From contig CAZNWE010000004.1 in assembly GCA_964576715.1 (NCBI GenBank), forward strand, positions 13,681 through 77,680: DNA of 64,000 nucleotides. The letters run 5' to 3'. This DNA comes from an uncultured Geminicoccaceae bacterium (GTDB lineage: Bacteria; Pseudomonadota; Alphaproteobacteria; Geminicoccales; Geminicoccaceae). A program made the translations under genes and the position numbers. The notes under the pieces are model-generated. The model searched no databases and was not told the DNA's origin. It saw only the letters and a list, made by a program, of their open reading frames with translations. Below, one piece after another: positions 38,864 to 49,336 of this stretch; position 1 is the first letter of the stretch, and each line of letters begins with the position of its first letter.

Positions 38864-39442
38864 ATGGCAACGCGGCAGTCGATGACCCACTTTTTTTCCG
38901 GTTTCAGAAGCCTGGTGATCGTGGCAGGCGCCATGGTCGTCCTTACCACATGCCAGAGCGTGCCGGTCGAACCGGCGCCGCAGCCGATGGGCGGGACAGC
39001 CCGCGACCAGGCGGAGCGCGAGCGCTTCGGTACGGTCTGGGGCGGTGATGGCATCACGCTCTTTTCGCTCGGCCGTTCGCGTCCGCAGGACCAGGACGGC
39101 GGCATCGGCGGCGGCATCGGTGTCAACGCCTTCCTCTGGCAGGCGACGTTGGACACCATCGACTTCATCCCGCTCGCTTCTGCCGACCCGTTCGGCGGGC
39201 TGATCATCACCGACTGGTTCCAGTCCGTCGACGCACCCGGCGAACGGCTCAAGGTGACCATCCAGATCCGTGACGCGGCGCTGAGGGCCGACGCCGTGCG
39301 TGTCTCGGTCTTTCGCCAGCTCCGCGACGAGGCAGGTGACTGGCTCGACGCCCCTGTCGAAGAGGCCACCGCGCGCGCGATCGAGGATCATATCTTGACC
39401 CGGGCGCGCGAACTGCGCATCGCCTCGGCGGCCGCGGGCTAG
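38864..39442 (+). CDS. DUF3576-family lipoprotein
   Basis: Lipobox-like VVLTTC. The conserved core GVNAFLWQATLDTIDFIPLASADPFGGLIITDW...RLKVTI is typical of the family. It occupies the usual position upstream of leuS in alphaproteobacteria. The start is uncertain. Confidence 0.7.
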   Translation: MATRQSMTHFFSGFRSLVIVAGAMVVLTTCQSVPVEPAPQPMGGTARDQAERERFGTVWGGDGITLFSLGRSRPQDQDGGIGGGIGVNAFLWQATLDTIDFIPLASADPFGGLIITDWFQSVDAPGERLKVTIQIRDAALRADAVRVSVFRQLRDEAGDWLDAPVEEATARAIEDHILTRARELRIASAAAG

Positions 39443-39488
39443 CCGCGGCAGGCGCTTCGGGCACTCGCTCACCTCGCAAGGCTCTTGA

Positions 39489-42047
39489 ATGTCGCGCTAT
39501 CCGTTTCGTGCCACCGAGCAAAAGTGGCGGCAGATCTGGGACGAGCGTCGCTCGTTCCAGGTAACGGTCGATCACAGCAAGCCAAAGTATTATGTGCTCG
39601 AGATGTTCCCTTATCCCTCGGGACGCATCCACATGGGCCACGTCCGCAATTATACCATGGGCGACGTGGTGGCGCGGACCAAGCGGGCCCAGGGCTTCAA
39701 CGTCCTCCATCCCATGGGCTGGGACGCCTTCGGCCTGCCGGCCGAGAACGCCGCAATGCAGAAGGGCGTGCATCCCGGTGTCTGGACCTATTCGAACATC
39801 GCCGAGATGCGCAGCCAGTTCAGGCAGATGGGTCTCGCCCTCGACTGGTCACGCGAACTCGCCACCTGCGACGTCGACTATTACCGGCACGAGCAGGCGA
39901 TGTTCCTCGACATGCTCGAGAAGGGTCTCGTCTACCGCAAGGAGAGCTGGGTCAACTGGGACCCGGTCGACCAGACCGTGCTCGCCAACGAGCAGGTGAT
40001 CGACGGCAAGGGCTGGCGGTCGGGTGCCGAGGTCGAGCGGCGCAAGCTGAACCAGTGGTTTTTCAAGATCACCGCCTTCGCCGAGGAGCTGCTCGCCGCG
40101 ATCGACGGGCTCGAGCGCTGGCCGGAGAAGGTCCGGCTGATGCAGGCCAACTGGATCGGCCGCTCGGAAGGGGCGCTCATCCACTTTCCGCTGGTCGGCC
40201 GGGACGACGAGCTGCAGGTGTTCACGACGCGCCCCGACACGCTCTGGGGGGCGTCCTTCATGGCGATCGCCCCTGATCACCCGCTGGCCCAGGCGCTCGC
40301 CCGTGACAACCCGGAGCTCGCCGCCTTCGTCGAGGCATGCCTCAAGGTCGGCACCTCGGAAGAGGTGCTCGAGCGGGCCGAGAAACAGGGCTTCGACACC
40401 GGGCTCCGCTGCCGGCATCCATTGGGCGCCACCCCGGACCTGCCGGTCTACGTCGCCAATTTCGTGCTGATGGGCTACGGCACCGGGGCGATCTTCGGTT
40501 GCCCCGCGCACGACCAGCGCGACCTCGACTTCGCCCGCAAGTACGGCCTGCCGGTCGCACCTGTCGTGCTGCCGCCGGATGCCGACCCCGCCGGCTTCAG
40601 CATCGGCACCGAGGCCTATACCGGCGACGGGGTGATCTTCAATTCGGACTTTCTCGACGGGCTCGCGGTGCCCGAGGCCAAGGCGCGCATCATCGACCAC
40701 CTCGAGACCCATGGCCTGGGTGAGCGGCAGGTGACGTGGCGGCTGCGCGACTGGGGCGTCTCGCGGCAGCGCTACTGGGGTTGCCCGATCCCGATCATCT
40801 ACGCCGAGGACGGCGAGATCGTGCCGGTGGCCAAGGCGGATTTGCCCGTCCGCCTGCCCGACGATATCGACTTCGAGTGTCCCGGCAACCCGCTCGAGCG
40901 CCACCCCAGCTGGAAGCACGTTACGTTGCCTGACGGCCGCCAGGGTATCCGCGAGACCGACACCTTCGACACCTTCGTCGAGAGCTCATGGTACTTTGCC
41001 CGGTTCTGCTCGGCCGACTACGACGACGGGCCGTTCGAGCGCGCCGCCGTCGACTACTGGCTGCCGGTGGACCAGTATATCGGCGGGGTCGAGCACGCGG
41101 TCCTGCATCTGCTCTACTCCCGCTTCTTCACCCGGGCGATGGCGGCCTGCGGCCATCTCGACCTCGACGAGCCGTTCGCCGGCCTGTTCACGCAGGGCAT
41201 GGTGACGCATCAAACCTATCGCGACGCCGCCGGAAACTGGCTGCAGCCGGACGAAGTCCGCCGCAACGGGGAGGGCTGGACGACCCTGGACGGCCGGCCG
41301 GTGATCCCGGGCCGAGTCGAGAAGATGAGCAAGTCGAAGCGCAACACGGTCGATCCCACGACCATCATCGAGGCCTACGGTGCCGATACGGCACGCCTCT
41401 TCATGCTCTCCGACAGCCCGCCCGAGCGCGACCTCGAATGGACCGACGAGGGCATCGTCGGTGCCTGGCGCTACCTCAACCGGCTGTGGCGGCTCGTGGA
41501 GGAGCGCCGTGCCACGTTGTCGCCGGTGACTGCGATCGGCGACGCGCCGAAGCCCGGACCCGGCATCGCGCTCAAGCGCCTCATTCACCGCACCATCGCG
41601 GCGGTGACCGCGGAAATCGATCGGCTCCATTTCAACAAGGTCGTGGCCCTCGTTCGCGAGCTTTCGAACGCCATCGAGGCATTCGAACCCTCCGACGCCG
41701 CCGACCGCGCCGTCCAGCGCGAGGCGATCGAAACCCTGGTGCAGCTGCTCGGGCCAATGCTGCCGCACCTCGCCGAAGAGCTTTGGCAGCGGCTCGGCCA
41801 TGCCACCATCCTTGCCGACAGCACTTGGCCGGTAGCCGATCCGGCCTGGCTCGCCGCCGACAATGTTACCCTCGCTGTTCAGGTCAATGGCAAACGACGC
41901 GGCGAGATCGAGCTGCCGGCGGGTAGTGACGAGGCTACCGTGCGCGAGCGGGCGCTGGCCGACGAGGCGGTGATCCGCGCCATGGCGGGCAAGCCGGCTC
42001 GGCGGGTCATCGTCGTGCCCGACCGGATCGTGAATGTCGTCGTCTAG
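39489..42047 (+). CDS. leuS: Leucine--tRNA ligase
   Basis: Class I HIGH motif [11 protein letters not shown] and KMSKS motif KMSKSKRN. 852 aa, collinear with LeuS. Confidence 0.97.
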   Translation: MSRYPFRATEQKWRQIWDERRSFQVTVDHSKPKYYVLEMFPYPSGRIHMGHVRNYTMGDVVARTKRAQGFNVLHPMGWDAFGLPAENAAMQKGVHPGVWTYSNIAEMRSQFRQMGLALDWSRELATCDVDYYRHEQAMFLDMLEKGLVYRKESWVNWDPVDQTVLANEQVIDGKGWRSGAEVERRKLNQWFFKITAFAEELLAAIDGLERWPEKVRLMQANWIGRSEGALIHFPLVGRDDELQVFTTRPDTLWGASFMAIAPDHPLAQALARDNPELAAFVEACLKVGTSEEVLERAEKQGFDTGLRCRHPLGATPDLPVYVANFVLMGYGTGAIFGCPAHDQRDLDFARKYGLPVAPVVLPPDADPAGFSIGTEAYTGDGVIFNSDFLDGLAVPEAKARIIDHLETHGLGERQVTWRLRDWGVSRQRYWGCPIPIIYAEDGEIVPVAKADLPVRLPDDIDFECPGNPLERHPSWKHVTLPDGRQGIRETDTFDTFVESSWYFARFCSADYDDGPFERAAVDYWLPVDQYIGGVEHAVLHLLYSRFFTRAMAACGHLDLDEPFAGLFTQGMVTHQTYRDAAGNWLQPDEVRRNGEGWTTLDGRPVIPGRVEKMSKSKRNTVDPTTIIEAYGADTARLFMLSDSPPERDLEWTDEGIVGAWRYLNRLWRLVEERRATLSPVTAIGDAPKPGPGIALKRLIHRTIAAVTAEIDRLHFNKVVALVRELSNAIEAFEPSDAADRAVQREAIETLVQLLGPMLPHLAEELWQRLGHATILADSTWPVADPAWLAADNVTLAVQVNGKRRGEIELPAGSDEATVRERALADEAVIRAMAGKPARRVIVVPDRIVNVVV

Positions 42048-42630
42048 GGTCCTGCAGCCTGCGTTCGGCCGTCGCCGCTCGCTGTTGCTCGGGGCGGCAT
42101 TGATCCTGCCCGCCGGCTCTGTCGGTTGCGGCTTTCGCCCGCTCTACGGCGGTGATCGGGGGGAAGTCGCGGCGACCGATCTTGCCGCCATCACGGTGAA
42201 CGCGCCGCTCACCCGGCTCGGCCGGATCCTCGAGAACCAGTTGATCGACGACCTCAATCCAGCAGGGCTGACGGTCGCCAAGCGCTACCGTCTCGACCTG
42301 ACGCTCGAGCGCAACCGAAAGGCGCTGGCAATCCAGCTCGACGACGCCGTCACCCGGTTCGACCTCACCCTCTCCGCCTTCTTCGCGCTGCTCCCGATCG
42401 ACGGCCGCGAACCGGGCGGAGATGCGGCGGCGACCGCAGCGGCAGACGATGGCGCTGCACCGTCGCCACTCTACCGCTCCGCCGTGCGCCGGGTTGCCAC
42501 CTACAACGTGATCCGCGAGCCCTTCGCCACGCTGATGGCCGAGCAGGATGCCGAGCGGCGGGCGGTGGTCGCGGTCAGCCGTGAGATCCGGACGCTGCTC
42601 ACCATCCATTTCGAGAACAACGAGGCGTGA
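42034..42630 (+). CDS. lptE: LPS-assembly lipoprotein LptE
   Basis: Lipobox PAGSVGC followed by GFRPLYG. Conserved position between leuS and holA. Overlaps leuS by 14 nt. Confidence 0.75.
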   Translation: MSSSRVLQPAFGRRRSLLLGAALILPAGSVGCGFRPLYGGDRGEVAATDLAAITVNAPLTRLGRILENQLIDDLNPAGLTVAKRYRLDLTLERNRKALAIQLDDAVTRFDLTLSAFFALLPIDGREPGGDAAATAAADDGAAPSPLYRSAVRRVATYNVIREPFATLMAEQDAERRAVVAVSREIRTLLTIHFENNEA

Positions 42631-42640
42631 TGGTGGCTCC

Positions 42641-43681
42641 ATGAAGGTGACACCGCAGCGGGCCGACGCCTTCGTCAACAACCCGGATCCGGGGATCGGC
42701 CTCGTGCTCCTCTACGGCCCAGACCAGGGCCTCGTCGCCGATCGCAGGCGGCGACTAATCGCCGCACAACTCGACCAGCCGGACGATCCCTTTCGCCTCG
42801 CCGAACTCGCCGCCGACCGGGTGGCACAGGGCCCGGGTCTGCTGGTCGAGGAGGCCCAGGCCATGTCGCTCGTCGGCGGTCGCCGTCTGGTGCTCGTCCG
42901 CCAGGCGACCGATGCGCTGGCCAGGGCGGTCGAGTCGCTGCTGGCGATCGGTGGTCACGAGGCGCTGGTCATCATCGAGGCGGGCGAACTCGGCGTCGCC
43001 TCGGCGCTGCGGCGGGCCGCCGAGAGGGCCAGGCATGCCGCCGCCATCGCCTGCTATCGGGCCGACGGCCGCCAGCTCGAGGCCCAGCTGCGTGACCTGT
43101 TGCGGGCACAGCGGCTGACGATCGAGCCGGAGGCCATGGCCTTCCTCGCCGCTCATGTCGGCGCCAATCGAGAGGTGACGCAGAACGAGGTGGCCAAGCT
43201 CGCCCTCTTCAAGGGTGACGAGCCCGGTGGCCGGGTGACGTTGGCCGATGTCGAAGCGGTGATCGGCAACAGCTCGGCGCTGAGCATCGATCGGCTGGTC
43301 TGGACCGGGCTCGTCGGCGGACTTGCCGATGCCAGCCGTGCCCTGGAGCGGCTGCTCGGCGAAGGTCAGCCGCCGATCCGTCTGATTAAGGGGTTTGCGG
43401 CGACGTTCATGCGTCTGTTGCCGCTGAGTGCGAGAGTGGCGGAGGGCGAGGCGCCGGCGGCAGTGATCGATGGGCTGAAGCCGCCAGTCCATTTTAGCCA
43501 GAAAGACGCAATGCGCCGCGTCCTCGATACTTGGCCCGAAATGCGCCTCGAGGCCGGGTTGGCGCTCGCCATGGCTGCCGAGCGCGCCTGCAAGGCTACG
43601 CGTGCGCCCGACCGCCTGCTGGTCAATCGTCTTCTCCACGATTTGCGCCGCATTGGCGAAACCGACGATCGGCAAAGTTAG
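42641..43681 (+). CDS. holA: DNA polymerase III subunit delta
   Basis: 346 aa. LVLLYGPDQGLV N-terminus and helical domain III. Conserved leuS-lptE-holA synteny. Start at ATG 42641. Confidence 0.85.
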   Translation: MKVTPQRADAFVNNPDPGIGLVLLYGPDQGLVADRRRRLIAAQLDQPDDPFRLAELAADRVAQGPGLLVEEAQAMSLVGGRRLVLVRQATDALARAVESLLAIGGHEALVIIEAGELGVASALRRAAERARHAAAIACYRADGRQLEAQLRDLLRAQRLTIEPEAMAFLAAHVGANREVTQNEVAKLALFKGDEPGGRVTLADVEAVIGNSSALSIDRLVWTGLVGGLADASRALERLLGEGQPPIRLIKGFAATFMRLLPLSARVAEGEAPAAVIDGLKPPVHFSQKDAMRRVLDTWPEMRLEAGLALAMAAERACKATRAPDRLLVNRLLHDLRRIGETDDRQS

Positions 43682-43743
43682 CGGGTGGCCTGATCGGGCG
43701 GGCGCGCTAAACTCGGCTGCGTCACCGTCGCCCTGGAGGCCCG

Positions 43744-44742
43744 TTGCTCCGTTACGTCGTTCACCGCCTGTTCGTGATGATTCCCACGGTGATCGCCATC
43801 AGCGTGGCCACCTTCGTCATTATCAACCTGCCGCCAGGCGACTTCCTCTCGGCCCAGATCGGCGAGCTGCAGGCGCAGGGTGAGGGGGTGCAGACCGAGC
43901 GGATTGAGTATCTGCGTGAGCTCTACGGCCTCGACCGCCCGCTCTGGGAGCGCTACTTCCATTGGGTCTGGGGTATGCTGCACGGCGATCTCGGGTGGTC
44001 CTTCGAGTACGACCGGCCGGTTACCGACGTGATCGGGGACAGGATTTTCCTCACCGTCGTGATATCGCTCGCCACCGTAATCTTCACCTGGATCGTCGCT
44101 TTTCCGATCGCGATCTACTCGGCTACCCACAAATACAGCTGGGGCGACCACGGCCTGACGCTCCTGGGCTTTCTCGGCCTCGCCACGCCCAATTTTCTGT
44201 TGGCGCTGGTCATGCTCTATTTCGCGAATGTCTGGTTCGGCACGACCATTGGCGGACTGATGGAGCCGCAATACCTCGACCAGCCGATGAGCTGGGGCAA
44301 GTTCGTCTCGGTGCTGCAGCATTTATGGATCCCGGTCATCATCATCGGCACCAGCGGCACCGCCGCGATGATTCGACGACTGAGGGCCAACCTCCTGGAC
44401 GAGCTGCAAAAGCCCTACTACGTCACCGCCAAGGCGAAGGGCCTGCCGCCCGGCAAGGCGCTGGTCAAGTATCCCTTGCGGATGTCCTTGAACCCGTTCA
44501 TCGCCGATATCGGCAATTTATTGCCCGACCTGATCTCGGGTTCGGCCCTGGTCGCCGTGGTGCTGAGCCTGCCGACCACGGGTCCAGTTCTGGTCCGTGC
44601 CTTACAGAGCCAGGACATGTACCTCGCCGGCAGCTTCCTGATGCTCGAATCATTCCTGGTCGTGATCGGTGTGCTGATCTCCGACCTCCTGCTCGCCTGG
44701 CTCGATCCCCGCATCCGCTTCGGCGGCGGGCAGACCCGCTGA
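43744..44742 (+). CDS. ABC transporter permease, peptide/opine type (DppB/YejB-like)
   Basis: MLRYVVHRLFVMIPTVIAISVATFVIINLPPGDF N-terminus and EAA-loop region YYVTAKAKGLPPGKALVKY. TTG start. Confidence 0.85.
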   Translation: MLRYVVHRLFVMIPTVIAISVATFVIINLPPGDFLSAQIGELQAQGEGVQTERIEYLRELYGLDRPLWERYFHWVWGMLHGDLGWSFEYDRPVTDVIGDRIFLTVVISLATVIFTWIVAFPIAIYSATHKYSWGDHGLTLLGFLGLATPNFLLALVMLYFANVWFGTTIGGLMEPQYLDQPMSWGKFVSVLQHLWIPVIIIGTSGTAAMIRRLRANLLDELQKPYYVTAKAKGLPPGKALVKYPLRMSLNPFIADIGNLLPDLISGSALVAVVLSLPTTGPVLVRALQSQDMYLAGSFLMLESFLVVIGVLISDLLLAWLDPRIRFGGGQTR

Positions 44743-45965
44743 TGGCGACCCGCTCCCAACCGCCGGAAGATCCCGCGGACAACCGGCATCATCCGCCGCC
44801 GAACACGACCGAGGCCCCACCACCGCCGCACTGGGTCGATCCCGAGCCCTTTCAGGTCTACCGTGAGCCACCGCTCACACCTGAGCAGGAGCGGTTCTAC
44901 ACGGCCTCGCAATGGCAGCTGATGTGGTGGCGGTTCAAGCGCCACAAGCTGGCGCTGACCTCGCTCTGGTTCCTCGTCTTCTGTTACGTCGTAGTCGTCT
45001 TCGCCGAACTGATAGCGCCCTACAACCCGCACAGCCGCGACCCACAACACATCTACGCACCACCGCAACGCATCCACCTGTTCCATGACGGCCGCTTCGT
45101 CGGCCCGTTCGTCTATGGCTACCGGATGGAACTCGACATGGCGACGCTGCGCCGGGTCTACACGGCCGACGCCGAGCGGGTGCAGCCGCTGCGCTTCTTC
45201 TGCCGCGGCGATGGCTACTCGTTCTGGGGTCAGGTCGTCTTCGATTTCCATCTGGTCTGCCCGGCCGAGGGTGGCACGTCGTTTTTCTGGGGCACCGACC
45301 GGCTCGGCCGTGATCTCTTCTCGCGCATCCTCTATGGCGCGCGGGTCTCCCTGACGGTGGGCCTCGTTGGCATCGCCATCAGCTTCGTGATGGGCCTCGT
45401 CCTGGGTGGTATCTCTGGCTACTATGGCGGCTGGATCGACAGTGTCGTGCAGCGGCTGATCGAAGTCATCCGCAGCTTCCCGATGATCCCGTTGTGGCTG
45501 GCTCTATCTGCCGCACTGCCGCCGACCTGGCCGCCGCTCTGGGTCTATTTCGGGATCACGCTGATCCTCGGCCTTGTCGACTGGACCGGTCTCGCCCGGG
45601 CAGTCCGCTCGAAGATCCTGGCACTTCGCGAGGAGGAGTTCGCCCAGGCCGCGAGGCTGATGGGCGCAAAGCCGCCGCGCATCGTCGGCCGCCATCTGAT
45701 CCCCTCGTTCATGAGCCACCTTATCGCCTCAGCGACCCTCTCGATCCCCGGCATGATCCTGGGCGAGACCGCTCTCTCCTTCCTCGGCCTCGGTGTCCGC
45801 GCGCCGATGGTGAGCTGGGGCGTGCTGCTCAACGACGCGCAGAACGTCAACGTCGTGGCTCTCTATCCCTGGCTGATGCTGCCGGTAGTCCCCGTTATTC
45901 TCGTCGTTCTGGCTTTCAATTTTTTGGGCGACGGCCTCCGCGACGCCGCCGATCCCTACACTTGA
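44742..45965 (+). CDS. ABC transporter permease, peptide/opine type (DppC/YejE-like)
   Basis: GTDRLGRDLFSRILYGARVSL and EEFAQAARLMGAKPPRIVGRHLIPS EAA loop. TGATG overlap with the preceding permease. Long Pro-rich cytoplasmic N-terminus. Confidence 0.85.
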   Translation: MATRSQPPEDPADNRHHPPPNTTEAPPPPHWVDPEPFQVYREPPLTPEQERFYTASQWQLMWWRFKRHKLALTSLWFLVFCYVVVVFAELIAPYNPHSRDPQHIYAPPQRIHLFHDGRFVGPFVYGYRMELDMATLRRVYTADAERVQPLRFFCRGDGYSFWGQVVFDFHLVCPAEGGTSFFWGTDRLGRDLFSRILYGARVSLTVGLVGIAISFVMGLVLGGISGYYGGWIDSVVQRLIEVIRSFPMIPLWLALSAALPPTWPPLWVYFGITLILGLVDWTGLARAVRSKILALREEEFAQAARLMGAKPPRIVGRHLIPSFMSHLIASATLSIPGMILGETALSFLGLGVRAPMVSWGVLLNDAQNVNVVALYPWLMLPVVPVILVVLAFNFLGDGLRDAADPYT

Positions 45966-46234
45966 CGTGCCAGCCACTTGCGTTCGGCGATGGCGTTCAA
46001 ACACCGTCGGCGGGCGCGCAATGCGGCGATCGCTGATTGTTCGCTCCGCAGCGAGCTTGGCGGTGCTTCCGAGGCCATCGCGCGCATGCCGCATTGCACG
46101 GCAACGGGATGCGAGATCATCGTCATGCGGTCGTCAGCCGGCGGCAGGGCCTTGTCGGCCGCCCGCGGTTCTCGCCTGATGGCCAGCCCTGAACTGCACT
46201 CCATTTCTGAGACACGAAATTAGACACAGTCGGT

Positions 46235-46287
46235 GGCGAGTGACCCAGCTGCTGACCACTGTGCAGCCGGCAGCTGGGTCACTCGCC
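46235..46287. repeat. Perfect 18-bp inverted repeat (GC-rich hairpin, 17-nt loop) in a convergent intergenic region
   Basis: GGCGAGTGACCCAGCTGC (46235..46252) and GCAGCTGGGTCACTCGCC (46270..46287) are exact reverse complements. Confidence 0.6.
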
Positions 46288-46449
46288 TCGAACAGACCGG
46301 CACCTCGCCACCGACGGCAACGACGCGCCGGCCGCGGTGAAGACTGCGCCGCCGCCGGTCGGAAAAAGCTTGGGACGCCAACGAGCGGAGACCGGCTGGT
46401 CGATGTACCATTCGCTGTCGCGACCGCGCGAAAACAAATAGCTCCGCCG

Positions 46450-47547
46450 TCAGGGCGACGGCACGTAGATCTCTATCGTTCCGTTTGCCGGCAGCGGGCG
46501 AACATAGCTGAAATCCTGGATCACCCAGCTGCCATTGCGGGGCGGCTCCAGGTATTCTGCCAGGCTGCGAGCGGCTGCGGCGTCTTGCTCATAAAAGTAC
46601 CGAATGCGTGGTGCGGCGATCTCGAAGCCGACCTCGCGCAGCACTACCATCGGCAAGACACCGGTCTGCGACAGGGCGGCATAGAGTTCGCCGGCTTCTT
46701 TCGCCGGTTGCCCGCCGTTCGGGTAGAGGATGAAGAGGCGCAGCGTATTGCCGCTCAACGCAAGACCGGACGCTGGCGGTATCGTTTCTCGGGTGGATTC
46801 CGGGAGCGGTGGGCTCGCTGCCACGACTGCCGGGGGCTCCGCAGTAGTCGCCGGCACGGTCGTTTCGCCGGCTCCGGCTGCTGCCGTTCCGCGCTCAGCG
46901 CGACGGCGCGGCTCGAACGCCTCGAGTTGCATACCGTCGGGCACCGTGTCTATCGGCGGCGGCGGCACCGGCCGGGAGGCTTCCTGGGAGGGAAGCTGAA
47001 CGTTGCTCTCCGGACCGAACGCGAAACGCCATGTTGCGGCGACAACCAGCAGCAAAACCATCAGGGATGCGAGGACGATCCACCCGCGCGGCCGCTTGCC
47101 GCGGCGCTGCGGTTCCGGGGGAAAGTCGGTCGTGTTCTTGACCGCCAACGGCCGAGGCTTGCGACCGCTCGCTGCCTTTCCTCGCGTGCTGCCGGCGTCG
47201 TCCATTATGCTGGGCGCCGGCACCACCGGCGGCAATGAGTCGAGCACTGCTCGGCGTACCGTCCTTTCGAGGGCCTGCCGCGCGACCTCACGCTGGCTCT
47301 GGGTGGCCGCGCCGATGGCGCTGGTGACCAACTGATTCTGGTTGCGCATGATCGCCGTCACAAGGCGTTCGGCGGCGAACCGATCGGCGAGCGCCGGCTC
47401 AGCGATCGCCAAGAGTTCGGCCGCGAGTGAGGTCGCCGCCACGTCCTGGCCGGGCCCCATGGGCCGAACGGTGGCGGTCTGCACCGCGTCCGTTGACGGT
47501 GTCCAGACAGGCCGCTCGGCCCGCCGCTCGCCCGATGTGTCAGTCAC
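46450..47547 (-). CDS. Hypothetical single-pass membrane protein with Pro/Ala-rich linker and a C-terminal LytR_C-like domain
   Basis: TM GWIVLASLMVLLLVVAATW. C-terminal LRLFILYPNGGQPAKEAGELYAALSQTG...IRYFYEQDAAAARSLAEYL resembles LytR/CpsA/Psr C-terminal domains. Confidence 0.5.
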   Translation of the reverse strand: MTDTSGERRAERPVWTPSTDAVQTATVRPMGPGQDVAATSLAAELLAIAEPALADRFAAERLVTAIMRNQNQLVTSAIGAATQSQREVARQALERTVRRAVLDSLPPVVPAPSIMDDAGSTRGKAASGRKPRPLAVKNTTDFPPEPQRRGKRPRGWIVLASLMVLLLVVAATWRFAFGPESNVQLPSQEASRPVPPPPIDTVPDGMQLEAFEPRRRAERGTAAAGAGETTVPATTAEPPAVVAASPPLPESTRETIPPASGLALSGNTLRLFILYPNGGQPAKEAGELYAALSQTGVLPMVVLREVGFEIAAPRIRYFYEQDAAAARSLAEYLEPPRNGSWVIQDFSYVRPLPANGTIEIYVPSP

Positions 47548-47686
47548 CGTTCACCCTCGCTCAACAAGCACAATCGCCCGCCTCGACCCCACGCACTGCT
47601 GCCGCCGTCTGAATATCAGATCCCACCAAGAACTGTTGGATCCTTCAACTCCTCGCATCAACACGAACAGCGAATCCGGCACCCGT

Positions 47687-48724
47687 TCACCCGACCGTTG
47701 CGGCCGCGGCTGGCAGCGGCTGCTGCAGGGTGATGCAATGTATCCCGCCGCCGCCATGCAACAGGGCAGTCGCATCGAGCGAAACCAGCTCGCGATCGCC
47801 GAAGGCCTGAGCGATGATCTTTTGCGCCACGCCGTCTGCCGCATCCTCGAATATCGGCACGATCACGGCACCATTGCACACATAGTAGTTGATGTATGTC
47901 AGTGTCAGCAATCGACCATCGTCGCGCTGCTTCGGTTTCGGCAGCGGCAGCAGCATGACCTCGAAGGGGCGACCCTTGGCGTCGGTCGTCGTCCGCAAGG
48001 CTTCCAGGTTGCGCGCCAGACCGGGTCGGTCGGCCTCGCTCGCCGTGGCCGGGTCCAGTGCCAGGACCTTGCCGGGGCCGGTGAAGCAGGCGAGGTTGTC
48101 GACATGGCCCCTGGTCTCGTCGTCGGTCAAGCTGCCCTCGAGCCAGATCACCTGCTCGATGGTCAAGAGGTCGGCTAGTTCCCGTTCCACCTTCGCCCGG
48201 TTCCAGCCCGGGTTGCGCATGGGCTCGAGCACCGAGGCCTCGCACAGGAGAGCGGTACCCTCACCATCGACGTGAATGCCGCCGCCCTCCAGCACCAGCG
48301 AGCTGGCAAAGGCCTCCGCGCCCAAATGGTCCAGCATCCGCCGCGCCATGGCAGCATCCTCGGCGTGGTCCGGGTAGACCCCGCCCCAGCCATTGAAGGT
48401 CCAGGTGACGCCGCCGAGCCGCCCGTCGTCGCTCACCAGGAAGGATGGCCCGGTATCGCGTACCCAACTATCGTCCTGCGGCATCGGCAGGACCGAGATT
48501 CCCTTGCCGCAATGCAACGAGGCATCGGCAGTCAAGTCTGGGCGGGCCAGCACCGTGACCGGCTCGAAGGCGGCGATCGCCTGTGCGACCCCGGCATAGG
48601 CCAGCTTGGCGTCCTCGAGGTGCTTACCCCAGAGGCCGTCTCGGCACGGCCAGGCGAGCCATGTGCGTTTGTGCGGCTCCCATTCCGCCGGCATGCGAAA
48701 GCCGCTCTGTCTCGGTGTTGTCAA
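47687..48724 (-). CDS. aguA: Agmatine deiminase
   Basis: GFRMPAEWEPH N-terminal signature, DDSWVRDTGP, and catalytic Cys in GGGIHCITLQQP. TTG start at 48724 preceded by GGGGGAA. An alternative ATG lies at 48694. Confidence 0.85.
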   Translation of the reverse strand: MTTPRQSGFRMPAEWEPHKRTWLAWPCRDGLWGKHLEDAKLAYAGVAQAIAAFEPVTVLARPDLTADASLHCGKGISVLPMPQDDSWVRDTGPSFLVSDDGRLGGVTWTFNGWGGVYPDHAEDAAMARRMLDHLGAEAFASSLVLEGGGIHVDGEGTALLCEASVLEPMRNPGWNRAKVERELADLLTIEQVIWLEGSLTDDETRGHVDNLACFTGPGKVLALDPATASEADRPGLARNLEALRTTTDAKGRPFEVMLLPLPKPKQRDDGRLLTLTYINYYVCNGAVIVPIFEDAADGVAQKIIAQAFGDRELVSLDATALLHGGGGIHCITLQQPLPAAAATVG

Positions 48725-48857
48725 CGTTTTCCCCCAGGAGATTTCTCCCGTTCGACACCTTTGCGAAGTCGCAGCTTGCGGTATATGCAGCAGCGATGCA
48801 ACAGGGTCGGAGCCACGAGCTTGACCCTCAAATACGACTGTCACGGGAAGAGCGACC

Positions 48858-49325
48858 TTGGCCAGCCCAATCGAGCAGCGCCTCGCCGAACTCGGCCTCA
48901 GCCTGCCGGAGGCAGCGGCTCCGGCTGCCAATTACGTACCCTGGACGGTCAGCGGCAAGACGTTGTACGTCGCGGGTCAATTGCCGTTCGAGAACGGCAG
49001 GCTGGAGATTCTGGGGCAGGTCGGGGAGCAGGTTTCCGTCGATCGGGCTCAGCACGCGGCCTTGCTTTGCGGGCTCAACATCTTGGCCCAAGCCAAGGCG
49101 GCAGTCGACGGTGACCTCGGGCGTATCGTCCGCTGTCTCAAGCTTGGCGGCTTTGTCAACGCCGGGCCCGGGTTCGCGGACCATCCGAGGGTCATCAACG
49201 GTGCTTCCGACCTGATGGTCGCGGTCCTCGGTGACGCCGGTCGCCATGCTCGCTTCGCTGTCGGTGCGTCGAGCCTGCCGCTGAATGTGGCAGTCGAGAT
49301 CGACGCCATCTTCGAACTCGGCTGA
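48858..49325 (+). CDS. RidA/YjgF-family protein
   Basis: 155 aa. LYVAGQLP...GRIVRCLKLGGFVN...ASSLPLNVAVEIDAIFEL is the RidA/Rid fold pattern. Confidence 0.82.
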   Translation: MASPIEQRLAELGLSLPEAAAPAANYVPWTVSGKTLYVAGQLPFENGRLEILGQVGEQVSVDRAQHAALLCGLNILAQAKAAVDGDLGRIVRCLKLGGFVNAGPGFADHPRVINGASDLMVAVLGDAGRHARFAVGASSLPLNVAVEIDAIFELG

Positions 49326-49336
49326 GCGGGCGCGAC

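Noticed and set aside
45956-46223. Short ORFs (45956..46204 minus, 45978..46223 plus) in the gap after the ABC permeases, considered as the missing ATPase or a small gene
   Set aside because: No Walker motifs and Arg/Ala/Ser-rich composition. They are too short and mutually overlapping. Kept only as a possible remnant region in the orphan-permease finding.
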